Shown here in pieces: positions 20,049 to 29,621 of a DNA stretch of 64,000 nucleotides. Positions within the stretch are counted from its first letter, which is position 1, and each line of letters starts with the position of its first letter. A program made the position numbers and the translations under genes. The notes beneath the pieces are model-generated. The model ran no database searches. It was not told where the DNA came from and was given only the letters and a program-made list of their open reading frames with translations. The stretch comes from an uncultured bacterium (lineage in GTDB: Bacteria > Bacillota_I > Bacilli_A > RFN20 > CAG-826): positions 626-64,625 of the forward strand of contig CASFZJ010000001.1 of the NCBI GenBank assembly GCA_949299165.1. The letters are read 5' to 3'.

Positions 20049-21203
20049 ATGGAAGCAATTCGAATTATTTTGGCTTGCATGAAAAAAGCCGATTATGACT
20101 ATAACCTTATAAATGAGAACGATAAAATTGCTATTGGAATTAGCGGTGGAAAAGATTCAATGGCACTTTTATATTCTTTAGTTTTATATAAAAAATTTTC
20201 AAAAATTAATTTTGAAATCGTGCCTATTAATATTGATTTAGGTTTTCCAAATTACGACTCTACCTTAATGCAAGAATTTGTTGAATCTTTTGACTTAAAA
20301 CTCGTAATTGCTGATGGCAAAACCGTTTACGAAATATTAAAAGAACAGCAAAAACTACAAAACAAAAAACTTTTGCCTTGTTCGATCTGCTCAAGAATGA
20401 AAAAAGCAATTATTAACAAAAAAGCTAAGGAATTAGGTTGCAACAAAGTATCGTTTGCTCATCATAAAACTGATGCCATCGAAACATTGTTTTTAAATGA
20501 ATTATATGGTGGAAGAATTGCGACTTTTGAGCCAAAAATGTATTTAGAAAATGAAGGAATTACTTTCATTAGACCATTTATTTATGTAGATGAAAAAGAA
20601 ATCATTCGTTTAATGAAAGAAAAAAATATTCCTATTTTCAAAAGCAATTGTCCAAATGATAAAAAGACTAAAAGAGAAGATATTAAAAATATCATTTTGA
20701 ATTTAAATAAAGAATTCCCATCAAGTTATGACAACTTTTTAACTATGCTCACTAATGAAGAACAATTCAATATTTTTTATCTTCATGAAGAACATAAAGT
20801 ACTGAACAATAACATATATTTTAGAAAAATAGTTGATTTTTGCGGGGTTATTGATGAAAACAAATATATAAAAGTAAAAAATGAAGTATCTAAAAATTCC
20901 ACTCATTACCATCTTTTTAAAGATGATGAGCTAATTGGAATTTTGTTATTATCAAATAAAGATAGAGATTATTTTATTGAAAAAATATGGCTAAAAGATT
21001 ACCAATATTTAATTCCGTTTGTCTTCACTTTATATAAAGAAATTTCTTCTAAGATTAATCCGATCACATTTAATGTTAAACAAAATAAATACATTAAAGA
21101 ATTTAAAAAGATGTATTTTCGCCAAAATGAAAAAGTTTCATATCGACTTGATATGAACCCTCGTAATCTCGATCAAATTCTTAAAAAAGGTAATCTTATT
21201 TAA
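20049..21203 (+). CDS. TtcA-family PP-loop tRNA thiolase-like ATPase with a ~130-aa C-terminal extension
   Basis: PP-loop GISGGKDS, Cys motifs CSICSRMKK and SNCPND. Residues ~255-384 form an extra beta-rich module (ELIGILLLSNKDRDYFIEKIWL). Confidence 0.7.
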   Translation: MEAIRIILACMKKADYDYNLINENDKIAIGISGGKDSMALLYSLVLYKKFSKINFEIVPINIDLGFPNYDSTLMQEFVESFDLKLVIADGKTVYEILKEQQKLQNKKLLPCSICSRMKKAIINKKAKELGCNKVSFAHHKTDAIETLFLNELYGGRIATFEPKMYLENEGITFIRPFIYVDEKEIIRLMKEKNIPIFKSNCPNDKKTKREDIKNIILNLNKEFPSSYDNFLTMLTNEEQFNIFYLHEEHKVLNNNIYFRKIVDFCGVIDENKYIKVKNEVSKNSTHYHLFKDDELIGILLLSNKDRDYFIEKIWLKDYQYLIPFVFTLYKEISSKINPITFNVKQNKYIKEFKKMYFRQNEKVSYRLDMNPRNLDQILKKGNLI

Positions 21204-21579
21204 GTTTTTCTTCTAATTCGTGAATTGATTCAATCTCTTTTTTATCTTTATTTAAAAGAGCTTCGAATCTTGCTTGTTTTTCAAAAGTGTCATCTAAAAC
21301 AAAGGAAATTTCAGGTACTCTTCGAAAATTAACTCTTTTTGCAAGACTACTTCTAACATAGCCTTTTGCACGATTTAATGTTTCAAGACTATGTTTAGCA
21401 TTGTTTAAAAATGATACATAGATTTTACAATAAGAGTGATCGCTACTAACTTCAACATTAGTAATCGTCATAAAGCCAAGTTTCTCGTTAGTAATTTCTT
21501 GAGAAACAATGTCTTTGACGTTTCTTGCGATTAAGCTCTTAATTTTTTCGATATCTTTCGTATTTTTAGGCATTTTCAA
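21196..21579 (-). CDS. rbfA: ribosome-binding factor A
   Basis: 127 aa with ITNVEVSSDHSYCKIYVSF and RRVPEISFVLD. It sits immediately after infB. Confidence 0.9.
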   Translation of the reverse strand: MKMPKNTKDIEKIKSLIARNVKDIVSQEITNEKLGFMTITNVEVSSDHSYCKIYVSFLNNAKHSLETLNRAKGYVRSSLAKRVNFRRVPEISFVLDDTFEKQARFEALLNKDKKEIESIHELEEKLK

Positions 21580-23413
21580 CTTCCTTCATTTCGTAACATT
21601 CAATAATGTCACCTTCATGAACATCATTGAAGTTAGCGACCTTAAGACCACATTCATAGCCTTGTTTAACTTCTTTAGCATCATCTTTAAATCTCTTAAG
21701 AGAATCAATTTGACCTTCATAAACAATTGCACCATCTCTTAAGACACGGCATTTTGCATTCATCTTAATTGAACCATCAGTGACCATACAGCCGGCAATT
21801 TCGCCAACTTTTGAAATTTTGAAAACATTACGAACTTCAGCTTGTCCAATAACTGCTTCAACTTCTTCTTTTTTCATCTTACCTTTGATGGCATCTTCCA
21901 TCTCTTCAGTTAAAGCATAGATAATACGATGTAATCTAATTTCAACTTTTTCTTCTTCAGCTTTTTTTCTAATCATTGCACTTGGTCTAACATTGAAACC
22001 ATAAATAATTGCATCAGAAGCACTAGCAAGTAAGATATCACTTTCAGTAATAGCACCAGCTGCTGCTCTAATAATGTTAACTTTAACTTGTTCGTTATTT
22101 AATTTTTCAAGAGCGCCTTTAACAGCTTCAGCGCTACCAGTCGAATCAGTTTTTAAAACAATATTAATTTGAGCAAGTTGTCCTTCGCTAATTTTTGAAT
22201 ATAAGTCATCAAGAGAAGATACACCATTACTTGCTGCTCTTTCTTCTTGAACTTTTTTGAGTTTTCTTTTTTCAGCAATATCTTTAGCTTGTTTTTCAGT
22301 TGGGAAAGCCATAAATCTATCGCCAGCAAGAGGAACTTCACTTAAACCAATAACACTACAAGGTGTGCCAGGACCAACTTCTTTAATAACTTGTTTAAAT
22401 TCGTTAGTCATTCTTCTAACTTTTCCATAAGCTGTTCCAACAACGACATAGTCGCCATTATATAAAGTGCCATTTTGTACTAAAAGAGTAGCTTTTGGAC
22501 CTTCTCCTTTATCGAGTTCAGCTTCAAGAACAGTACCGATCGCATAACGTTTTGGATTTGCTCTTAATTGAAGCATTTCAGCTTGAAGTAAGATATCTTC
22601 TAATAAATCATCAATACCAATCTTTTTCTTGGCACTAATTTCACAAGTTAAGACATCTCCACCAAATTTTTCAGCAATAACATCATGTTGCATTAATTCA
22701 TTGAGAACTTTTTCAGGATTTGCGCCTGGAACATCAATTTTATTTACAGCAACAATAATTGGAACATTTGCAGCTTTTGCGTGATCAATAGCTTCAATAG
22801 TTTGAGGCATAACACCATCATCTGAAGCAACAACAAGAACAACAATATCAGTAACACTTGCACCTCTACTTCTCATAGCTGAGAAAGCTTCGTGCCCAGG
22901 AGTATCGATAAAGGTAATTTTCTTGCCATTAAATGTTTTTTGATAGGCACCAATTTCTTGAGAAATTCCGCCAACTTCATTTGCGGCAAGATTTGAATTT
23001 CTAATAGCATCAATTAAAGTTGTTTTGCCGTGGTCAACGTGCCCCATTACGGTAACAACAGGAGGACGTTCAACTAAATCGCTCTCTTTATCTTCGATTT
23101 GTGCTTTTTCAAAGTCTTCTTCATTAATAATTTCTTCTTTTTTGAAATCATAACCAAATTCAAGACAGATTTCGCCAATTGTATCATCGTCTAAATATTG
23201 GTTAATAGTAACAAGTTTCTTTTGAAGAAATAATTTTTTAATAATATCACTAGCGTTGATGTTTAATTCTTTAGCAAGTTCGCCAACAGTAAGGGATTTT
23301 GTAAAGACAAAAACACCATTATTGATTTTGTTTAAATTTTGATTAGTGTTTTTCTTAAAAGGAATATTGGTTTCTCTTTGATTTCCTTTTTTATTCATTG
23401 GTTTATTTTTCAA
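21566..23413 (-). CDS. infB: translation initiation factor IF-2 (short form)
   Basis: G-domain [31 protein letters not shown] start at 23411-23413, 8 nt after GGAGGG. Confidence 0.95.
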   Translation of the reverse strand: MKNKPMNKKGNQRETNIPFKKNTNQNLNKINNGVFVFTKSLTVGELAKELNINASDIIKKLFLQKKLVTINQYLDDDTIGEICLEFGYDFKKEEIINEEDFEKAQIEDKESDLVERPPVVTVMGHVDHGKTTLIDAIRNSNLAANEVGGISQEIGAYQKTFNGKKITFIDTPGHEAFSAMRSRGASVTDIVVLVVASDDGVMPQTIEAIDHAKAANVPIIVAVNKIDVPGANPEKVLNELMQHDVIAEKFGGDVLTCEISAKKKIGIDDLLEDILLQAEMLQLRANPKRYAIGTVLEAELDKGEGPKATLLVQNGTLYNGDYVVVGTAYGKVRRMTNEFKQVIKEVGPGTPCSVIGLSEVPLAGDRFMAFPTEKQAKDIAEKRKLKKVQEERAASNGVSSLDDLYSKISEGQLAQINIVLKTDSTGSAEAVKGALEKLNNEQVKVNIIRAAAGAITESDILLASASDAIIYGFNVRPSAMIRKKAEEEKVEIRLHRIIYALTEEMEDAIKGKMKKEEVEAVIGQAEVRNVFKISKVGEIAGCMVTDGSIKMNAKCRVLRDGAIVYEGQIDSLKRFKDDAKEVKQGYECGLKVANFNDVHEGDIIECYEMKEVENA

Positions 23414-23427
23414 ATCTCAATCCCTCC

Positions 23428-23688
23428 TTATTTCATATTTAAGAAAATGATCATACGATCATAAATCTCATTTGGCACGACTGTTTCAAGTGCCTTGTCT
23501 AAACATTTACTCTTACGCGCTTTTTCAATCGCTTCAAGTGATTTAGAAATATAGGCACCTCGACCATTGGCCTTTCCAGTCATATCAAGAGATATTTCTC
23601 CACTAGGTGATTTTACAACTCTAAATAAATCTTCTTTATTAAAGATTTGATTTGTCGCTAAACATTTTCTAGTAGGTTTCTTTTTCAT
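23428..23688 (-). CDS. ylxR: YlxR/RnpM-family RNA-binding protein (DUF448)
   Basis: 86 aa with RKCLATNQ...GRGAYI, in the conserved position between nusA and infB. Its ATG overlaps the nusA stop codon by 1 nt (TAATG). Confidence 0.85.
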   Translation of the reverse strand: MKKKPTRKCLATNQIFNKEDLFRVVKSPSGEISLDMTGKANGRGAYISKSLEAIEKARKSKCLDKALETVVPNEIYDRMIIFLNMK

Positions 23689-25430
23689 TAACGATCCTCG
23701 TAGTAATCATCGTCATCGTATTCTGAATAATCTTCGTCGTCGTCGTAATCTTCATCAGAATCTTCATTTTCGAAAGCTTCAAGTTCTTCATCGGTGTAGA
23801 TGTCCATTTTTTGAACAATCTTCTTTTCTTCTTTTTCTTCATCTTCATCCGATTTCTTGACTTCTTTCTTCTTTTTCTTGAATGATTTTTTGCCGTTTGC
23901 TTTTTCTTTCTTTTCTTCTTCAAGAGATTTTTCAAGTGACTCTAAAGTTGTTGTAGTTTTAACTTCTTTAAATTCAATTGGTTCCTCTTCTTTAACTTTC
24001 TTAGTTTCAATAACTGGTTCGTTTTCTTCAATAACCTCGTTATTCTCAACTTTTTCTTCAGTATTTTGAACTTCTGTTTCTGGTTCTTCACTTGAAACAG
24101 TTTGAGTTTCTTTAACTTCTTCAACGCTTTCGTGGGCTACTTCTTCACCTAAAGATTCAGTAACTCCTTCATTTTCAGCTTCTTGAGATTCAGTTCTTGA
24201 TCTAATAGCTTCTTGTTGTTTTTCTCTAAATCTTCTTCTTTCTTCTTCTTTAGCTTCGATTTCATAATCTTCAAGAAGTTTATATTCGATATTTTCTTCG
24301 CTTGCTTGAGATTCATCTAAAACCTTAATTTCATATCCGGTAATTTTCTTAGCCAAAACAACGTTTGTGCCTTTAAAGCCGATTGCAAGATTTAAAGAAT
24401 CGTCGTCAGTGACAACCGTGATCTCTTTCTTTTCTTCATCAATATTCATTCCAAGAACTTTACCTGGTCTTAATAATTCACTGACAAAAAGACCTAAATT
24501 TGGATTCCATGTAACAACATCAATCTTTTCTTTGCTATCTTTGGCATTTCCAAGTTGAGAAACAATACTTTGAATTCTATTTCCGTTTTGTCCAATACAT
24601 GCTCCGCTTGGGTCAACGTTTGGATCATTTGAGTAGACACAAACTTTTGCTCTTCTTCCTGGGATTCTTTCGACATATTTAATGGTGACTGTACCATCAT
24701 AAATTTCATGAATTTCGTTTTCGAAAAGTTTTCTTAAGTAACCATTACAACTTCTTGAAATTTTAACTAAAGATCCTTTTTTATCATCTTTTCCGATTCC
24801 TTCAACATAAACTTTGATTGAATCGCCTTGATTAAATTTTTCATCACCAATTAAATCTTTTTTAAATAATGTTGCGGTAGTTCTTCCAAGTTCAACAATA
24901 ACTGAATTAGCGTCGCATTTTTCAACACTGCCAGTAACAATTGTTCCAATTTTATTAGCAAATGTTGATAGTAAAGCATCTTTTTCAGCTTTGTTAATTT
25001 TTTGGGTAAAACATGATTTAAAACGAGAAATATCTTTTTCTCTTAAATCATCTAAAGACAATTCTTCTTCGTAGTAATCGCCTGCTGCAAGTTTAGGATT
25101 TTTTTCTTTTGCTTCTTCTAAACCAATTTCAATGTAATCATCATTTACATCGTCATCATTTACAACAAGCCATTGTCTATAGCAATTGATTTTTGCTTTA
25201 TTTAAATCAATATCGACTCTAATTAAAGCATCAGGTAATTTGTTGATTGCCTTTTCTTTATTTTGAACTGCTTTGACATTTACTCTTTTGTCAATTTTGT
25301 ACTCATCTTCAATTTTTTTTGCAAAAGTAATTCTGAAGCTTTCTTTTAACGCATCAAGTAAAACTTCACTTCCGACACCTTTTGATGTGTCCATTTCTTT
25401 AATAGTTTCAAGAAATCTTTTTTTGTTCAT
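23688..25430 (-). CDS. nusA: transcription termination/antitermination factor NusA with a long acidic C-terminal extension
   Basis: N-terminal domain, S1 (GTIVTGSVEK) and KH1/KH2 (GACIGQNGNRIQ, AIGFKGTNV). About 190 residues of E/K/D-rich tail follow, ending DEDYDDDEDYSEYDDDDYYEDR. Confidence 0.95.
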   Translation of the reverse strand: MNKKRFLETIKEMDTSKGVGSEVLLDALKESFRITFAKKIEDEYKIDKRVNVKAVQNKEKAINKLPDALIRVDIDLNKAKINCYRQWLVVNDDDVNDDYIEIGLEEAKEKNPKLAAGDYYEEELSLDDLREKDISRFKSCFTQKINKAEKDALLSTFANKIGTIVTGSVEKCDANSVIVELGRTTATLFKKDLIGDEKFNQGDSIKVYVEGIGKDDKKGSLVKISRSCNGYLRKLFENEIHEIYDGTVTIKYVERIPGRRAKVCVYSNDPNVDPSGACIGQNGNRIQSIVSQLGNAKDSKEKIDVVTWNPNLGLFVSELLRPGKVLGMNIDEEKKEITVVTDDDSLNLAIGFKGTNVVLAKKITGYEIKVLDESQASEENIEYKLLEDYEIEAKEEERRRFREKQQEAIRSRTESQEAENEGVTESLGEEVAHESVEEVKETQTVSSEEPETEVQNTEEKVENNEVIEENEPVIETKKVKEEEPIEFKEVKTTTTLESLEKSLEEEKKEKANGKKSFKKKKKEVKKSDEDEEKEEKKIVQKMDIYTDEELEAFENEDSDEDYDDDEDYSEYDDDDYYEDR

Positions 25431-25449
25431 AAATCTACCTCTATATTAT

Positions 25450-25905
25450 TTAAAATTTAATTGCTAATCTTGCTTTATCAATATCTTTTCTTGGAATTGG
25501 ACATTTAACAGCTCTTGTTTTGTCCATGTATACCAATAAAATATTTTCATCATCACAACTTTCAAGTGTTCCTTCAAGGATATTTTCTCCTTTATAAGGA
25601 TTTGATAAGTGAATATTTATGTATTTTCCAACATATTTATCAAGTTTATCTACGCTAATCGGTTTTTCAACCCCCAAGGAAGATACATCTAATGTATAAG
25701 CATTTTCCGTAAAATCATGTTCATCTAAATACGAACTAACAATATTTGATACTTCAGTAATGTCGTCTAAATTAATTTCGCTGTCTCGATCAACAACAAC
25801 TTCAAGTGTTTTAGTTTTATTAATGAACTTAAATGAATATAATTCATAACCAACTTCTTGTAGTTTTTGTCTAATTCCACTTTCTACACTGCTTATTTCT
25901 TCCAT
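25450..25905 (-). CDS. rimP: ribosome maturation factor RimP
   Basis: 151 aa. It is the first gene of the rimP-nusA-ylxR-infB-rbfA arrangement, with the typical LEVVVD...LDVSSLG pattern. Confidence 0.85.
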   Translation of the reverse strand: MEEISSVESGIRQKLQEVGYELYSFKFINKTKTLEVVVDRDSEINLDDITEVSNIVSSYLDEHDFTENAYTLDVSSLGVEKPISVDKLDKYVGKYINIHLSNPYKGENILEGTLESCDDENILLVYMDKTRAVKCPIPRKDIDKARLAIKF

Positions 25906-26104
25906 TTAATGCCCCTTTAAAAAAATTAGAATACCCTCAGGTACTCTACGCAGATAATTTCTTATCTGCTAAAAATTTACACTTTTTGATGCTTAATTGT
26001 CAATATAAAATATTAGCTGATAAACAAAATAATGCGCAAAACAACATTTAACAAAATTATTAAAACCAGTATTTTTGTTAAAAATATATACTTTTTTGAA
26101 AAAA

Positions 26105-26126
26105 TATAGGAAATATTGAAAAAAGT
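26105..26126 (+). repeat. dispersed intergenic motif copy
   Basis: tataggaaatattgaaaaaagt, between rimP and uppS. Confidence 0.5.
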
Positions 26127-26177
26127 CCGGGAAAAGCGTCAAAAAGTACCTGTTTTTTGAAAAAAGTAGTACTTTTT

Positions 26178-26900
26178 TTACTCCTTAATCGCGCCAAATC
26201 TTCTATCTCTCTTTTCGTATTCTTTCAAACACTCTTTTAATTTCTCAGGTGTAAAATCTGGCCAACATGTGTCTGTGAAAATAAATTCACTATAAGCAAG
26301 CTGATATGGTAAAAAATTAGAAATTCTTTTCTCACCACTTGTTCTTATCATTAAATCAATTTCGGGTAATCCTTTTGTATATAAATAATCTTTATATATA
26401 TCAGTGTCTAATTTATGGATATCAAGTTTTCCACTTTTTACATCTTCTAAAATTAGTTTTGCCGCGCGAACAATTTCCTGTCTACCACCATAGTTAAGAC
26501 AAATATTAAAAACATAGTCGTCGAAATCTTGTGTTAAATCAATCGCTTCATTAATAATTTTTTGAGTTTTTTCAGGTAAACGAGTAATGTCCCCACTAAC
26601 TTGAATTCTACATTTTTCTTTTACAAATTCTTTTATAAACTCATTAAAGAAATCTTCTAAATATTGAAAAAGCTTACTAATTTCCTCTTCAGGTCTATTC
26701 CAATTTTCAGTGGAAAAAGCGTATAAAGTTACAACTTTAATACCAATACTTCTAACAAAACGAACTATTTCTATTATTCTTTTACATGCAACTTTATGCC
26801 CATAAGTTCTAGGCATCATTCTCTTTTTAGCCCATCTGCCGTTCCCATCCATTATAAAAGCAATGTGTTTAATTGGTTTTTTAAGTGTGAATTCTTCCAT
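26178..26900 (-). CDS. uppS: isoprenyl transferase (undecaprenyl diphosphate synthase)
   Basis: HIAFIMDGNGRWAK, TLYAFSTENWNRP and IRTSGEKRISNFLPYQLAYSE motifs. Confidence 0.95.
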   Translation of the reverse strand: MEEFTLKKPIKHIAFIMDGNGRWAKKRMMPRTYGHKVACKRIIEIVRFVRSIGIKVVTLYAFSTENWNRPEEEISKLFQYLEDFFNEFIKEFVKEKCRIQVSGDITRLPEKTQKIINEAIDLTQDFDDYVFNICLNYGGRQEIVRAAKLILEDVKSGKLDIHKLDTDIYKDYLYTKGLPEIDLMIRTSGEKRISNFLPYQLAYSEFIFTDTCWPDFTPEKLKECLKEYEKRDRRFGAIKE

Positions 26901-26902
26901 AG

Positions 26903-27766
26903 TTAAATCCTCTTTAAATAATCTTTAACTTCATCGATAAGTTCTTTTGGGCAACTAGTTCCACTGAATAAAGCTACTTTTTTGTATTTCTCAAAATCAA
27001 TTCCTTCTAAATCTAAAAGATTTGATATAAAAAGTGTATCATGAAATTTACTTTTTTTAGAAATATCATATAGTTTTGTCGTGTTTGAACTATTTTTGTC
27101 ACCAATTATGATAAATAAATCGTAATCTTTTTCTAAAGAAAGAACTTTTTCTTGCCTAACTCTGCTCGCATTACAAATCTCATCAGTAAAAACGGCATTT
27201 GGAAAATGTTTTTTTATATCTTTATATATATTTTCAATTTCAAAAATCGATAATGTAGTTTGGTTCATGACAACAACATTTTCAGCATCGATTTTTGAAA
27301 AATCTAATCCTTCTTTAATATCATAAAGATAAACTTCATCATTTCTACTTAAACTTGCAATTGTTTCTGGATGACCTTTTTTTCCGATAAAAATAATTGG
27401 CAGCTTACTTGCTTCAATTTTATTTAAACTTAAGTTAACTATAGGACATGTTGCATCAAAAAATTTGACATTATTTTTATTTAAAATTTCTTCATATTTT
27501 TTATCATGACCATGTGCACTAAATATAACAATATCATTAATTTTAAATGAATTTAATAGGCTTTCTGCAGTGTTTTTGTTAAAAACTATGACTTTTACAC
27601 CTTTCTTAACTAGTTGATCCATCACGAATTTATTGTGAACCAACTCACCAAAAAGAATGATATTTTTATCTTTATATTTATCACAAATTTGCTCAACTAA
27701 ATCGATTGCTTTTTTAACACCAAAGCAAAAACTATTTGGTTCAATAACATCAATTGTCATTTTCAA
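26903..27766 (-). CDS. ispH: 4-hydroxy-3-methylbut-2-enyl diphosphate reductase
   Basis: 287 aa with FCFGVKKAI, HGH, DATCPIV, MNQTT and SSNT motifs. It overlaps the dxs stop. Confidence 0.9.
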   Translation of the reverse strand: MKMTIDVIEPNSFCFGVKKAIDLVEQICDKYKDKNIILFGELVHNKFVMDQLVKKGVKVIVFNKNTAESLLNSFKINDIVIFSAHGHDKKYEEILNKNNVKFFDATCPIVNLSLNKIEASKLPIIFIGKKGHPETIASLSRNDEVYLYDIKEGLDFSKIDAENVVVMNQTTLSIFEIENIYKDIKKHFPNAVFTDEICNASRVRQEKVLSLEKDYDLFIIIGDKNSSNTTKLYDISKKSKFHDTLFISNLLDLEGIDFEKYKKVALFSGTSCPKELIDEVKDYLKRI

Positions 27767-29510
27767 TCCTTAAAATATCTTTAACAACAGAATCTACATC
27801 TACTTTATTTAAAATTTCTTGTTCTAAAATATTTCCTTTCCCAACGAAAGAAAGAGGAATTGCTCTAGTATAAATCTTTCCTTTATATCCTAGCTTATTA
27901 AGGGTTAAAACAAAATTGGCAGTAAAGCCGTTTTCAACTCCATAAGGATCAAAAATATATAAATTTTCGTATTTTAATAAATCCTTTATCGCATCAAGTT
28001 CAAAATCTTTTAAAAATAATGCGTTATAGATGCTTACATCATGATTTTTAAGTTCTGAAATTAAATTTAATAGATGAGGACCCATCGAAATTAAAGCAAC
28101 TTTACATGTTTTTCCTTTTTGCAATAAATCGAATTTTCTCTCATTAATTTCGCCAAATTCATTCACTTCAGCTTCATTAAAATCTTTGTAATTAGCTGTA
28201 TATCTTATAGCCATTGGATGTTTATATTTTTTAGCATAATTAAATAAACGTTTTGCGTCTTCTTTATCTTTTGGCATAGCTAAAACAAAATTAGGGATTG
28301 AATAGAAGAATCCATCATCATAAATTCCTTGATGAGTTTCGCCATCGTGCCCAATAAGTCCACAACGGTCAATCAATAAAGTTACATGTTGATTCGTACG
28401 TGCAATATCGTGAATGAGTTCATCATATGCTCTCTGTAAAAAGGTAGAATACATAAATAAATATGCGTGATACCCATTAACAGCAAAAGAATTAGCAAAA
28501 ATTGCTGAATGTTCTTCACTTATTCCTACATCAAACGTTCTATCTTTTAATTCGTTAAATAAATTTCCAAGTTTTGAACCAACAGTCGTTGAAGGACAAA
28601 TTGCGATACTCTTTTCATCTTTTAGCATATCTTGATGTACTAAATCAGCAAAAATCTGCGAAAAAGAAACTAGATTTTTGCCTAAATCAATTTTTGGTTT
28701 TCCTGTCTCTTTATCAAAAGGATTAACAAAATGATATTCACCAGTATGATCTTCTTCAGAATATTTATAACCCTCACCTTTTGATGTTTTGATATGTAAG
28801 ACTACACTTCTTGAACTTTTTTTAGCTTTATCAAAAGCTTTTTTTAGTTGAGAAAAATCATCTCCATCAACAGGACCTAAATATTCAAATTTTGCATCTT
28901 TAAATACAATTTTTACAAAAGGATTTTTTCTAATTCCTTTTAAAACGGCACTTAAACCGCCAGTAGTAGGCGTAATTGACATTTCATTGTCATTAATGAT
29001 GATAATAATTTTTGTATCCGCAATAACTAAATTGTTTAAAGCTTCAAAACAAAGACCATTTGCAAGTCCGCCGTCACCAACAAAAGCAATAACATTATAA
29101 TCTTCATGATTTAAATCTCTCACTTTTGCAAAACCAAGCGCAGCACTTAGACTAGTTGAAGAATGGCCAGCATCATAAACATCGTATTTTGATTCATTTA
29201 TTTTTTGAAAACCATCAATTCCGTTTGACTGACGCAAATTAGTTAAAGGTCTTCCGGTTAAAATCTTATAAGGATAAGAATTATGCCCAATATCAAAAAT
29301 TATTTTATCTTTATCAAAATCAAAAGATCTAAATAGAGCTATTGTTAAATTGGTAATTCCTAAATTACTAGATAAATGTCCTCCAAATTTTGAGCATTGA
29401 TCAATGATTAAATTTTTAATGTTCTGAGATAACTCATTTAATTCATTCTTGCTTAAAAAAGGAATAACATGAAAATCGAAATTTTCATCAAGTTTTAAAT
29501 TTTTTGCCAT
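27750..29510 (-). CDS. dxs: 1-deoxy-D-xylulose-5-phosphate synthase
   Basis: 586 aa with GGHLSSNLG, DIGHNSYPYKILTGR, the ThDP motif GDGGLANG...NDN, and HDGETHQG. Confidence 0.95.
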   Translation of the reverse strand: MAKNLKLDENFDFHVIPFLSKNELNELSQNIKNLIIDQCSKFGGHLSSNLGITNLTIALFRSFDFDKDKIIFDIGHNSYPYKILTGRPLTNLRQSNGIDGFQKINESKYDVYDAGHSSTSLSAALGFAKVRDLNHEDYNVIAFVGDGGLANGLCFEALNNLVIADTKIIIIINDNEMSITPTTGGLSAVLKGIRKNPFVKIVFKDAKFEYLGPVDGDDFSQLKKAFDKAKKSSRSVVLHIKTSKGEGYKYSEEDHTGEYHFVNPFDKETGKPKIDLGKNLVSFSQIFADLVHQDMLKDEKSIAICPSTTVGSKLGNLFNELKDRTFDVGISEEHSAIFANSFAVNGYHAYLFMYSTFLQRAYDELIHDIARTNQHVTLLIDRCGLIGHDGETHQGIYDDGFFYSIPNFVLAMPKDKEDAKRLFNYAKKYKHPMAIRYTANYKDFNEAEVNEFGEINERKFDLLQKGKTCKVALISMGPHLLNLISELKNHDVSIYNALFLKDFELDAIKDLLKYENLYIFDPYGVENGFTANFVLTLNKLGYKGKIYTRAIPLSFVGKGNILEQEILNKVDVDSVVKDILRIENDN

Positions 29511-29621
29511 ACAAAAATTATAGTAAATAGAAAAAGTATTTTCTATTGCTATTTAACATTTTTTTGAAAAATAGCAAGGAAGAAAATACTTTATTTTTTT
29601 GAAAAAGCCAGCAAAACTCAA

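Noticed and set aside
23669-23935. 88-aa K/R-rich ORF overlapping the 3' end of nusA and the start of ylxR
   Set aside because: It is an alternative frame of the GAA/GAT-rich acidic tail of NusA. It reads as poly-Lys/Arg, has no SD, and lies entirely inside well-supported genes.
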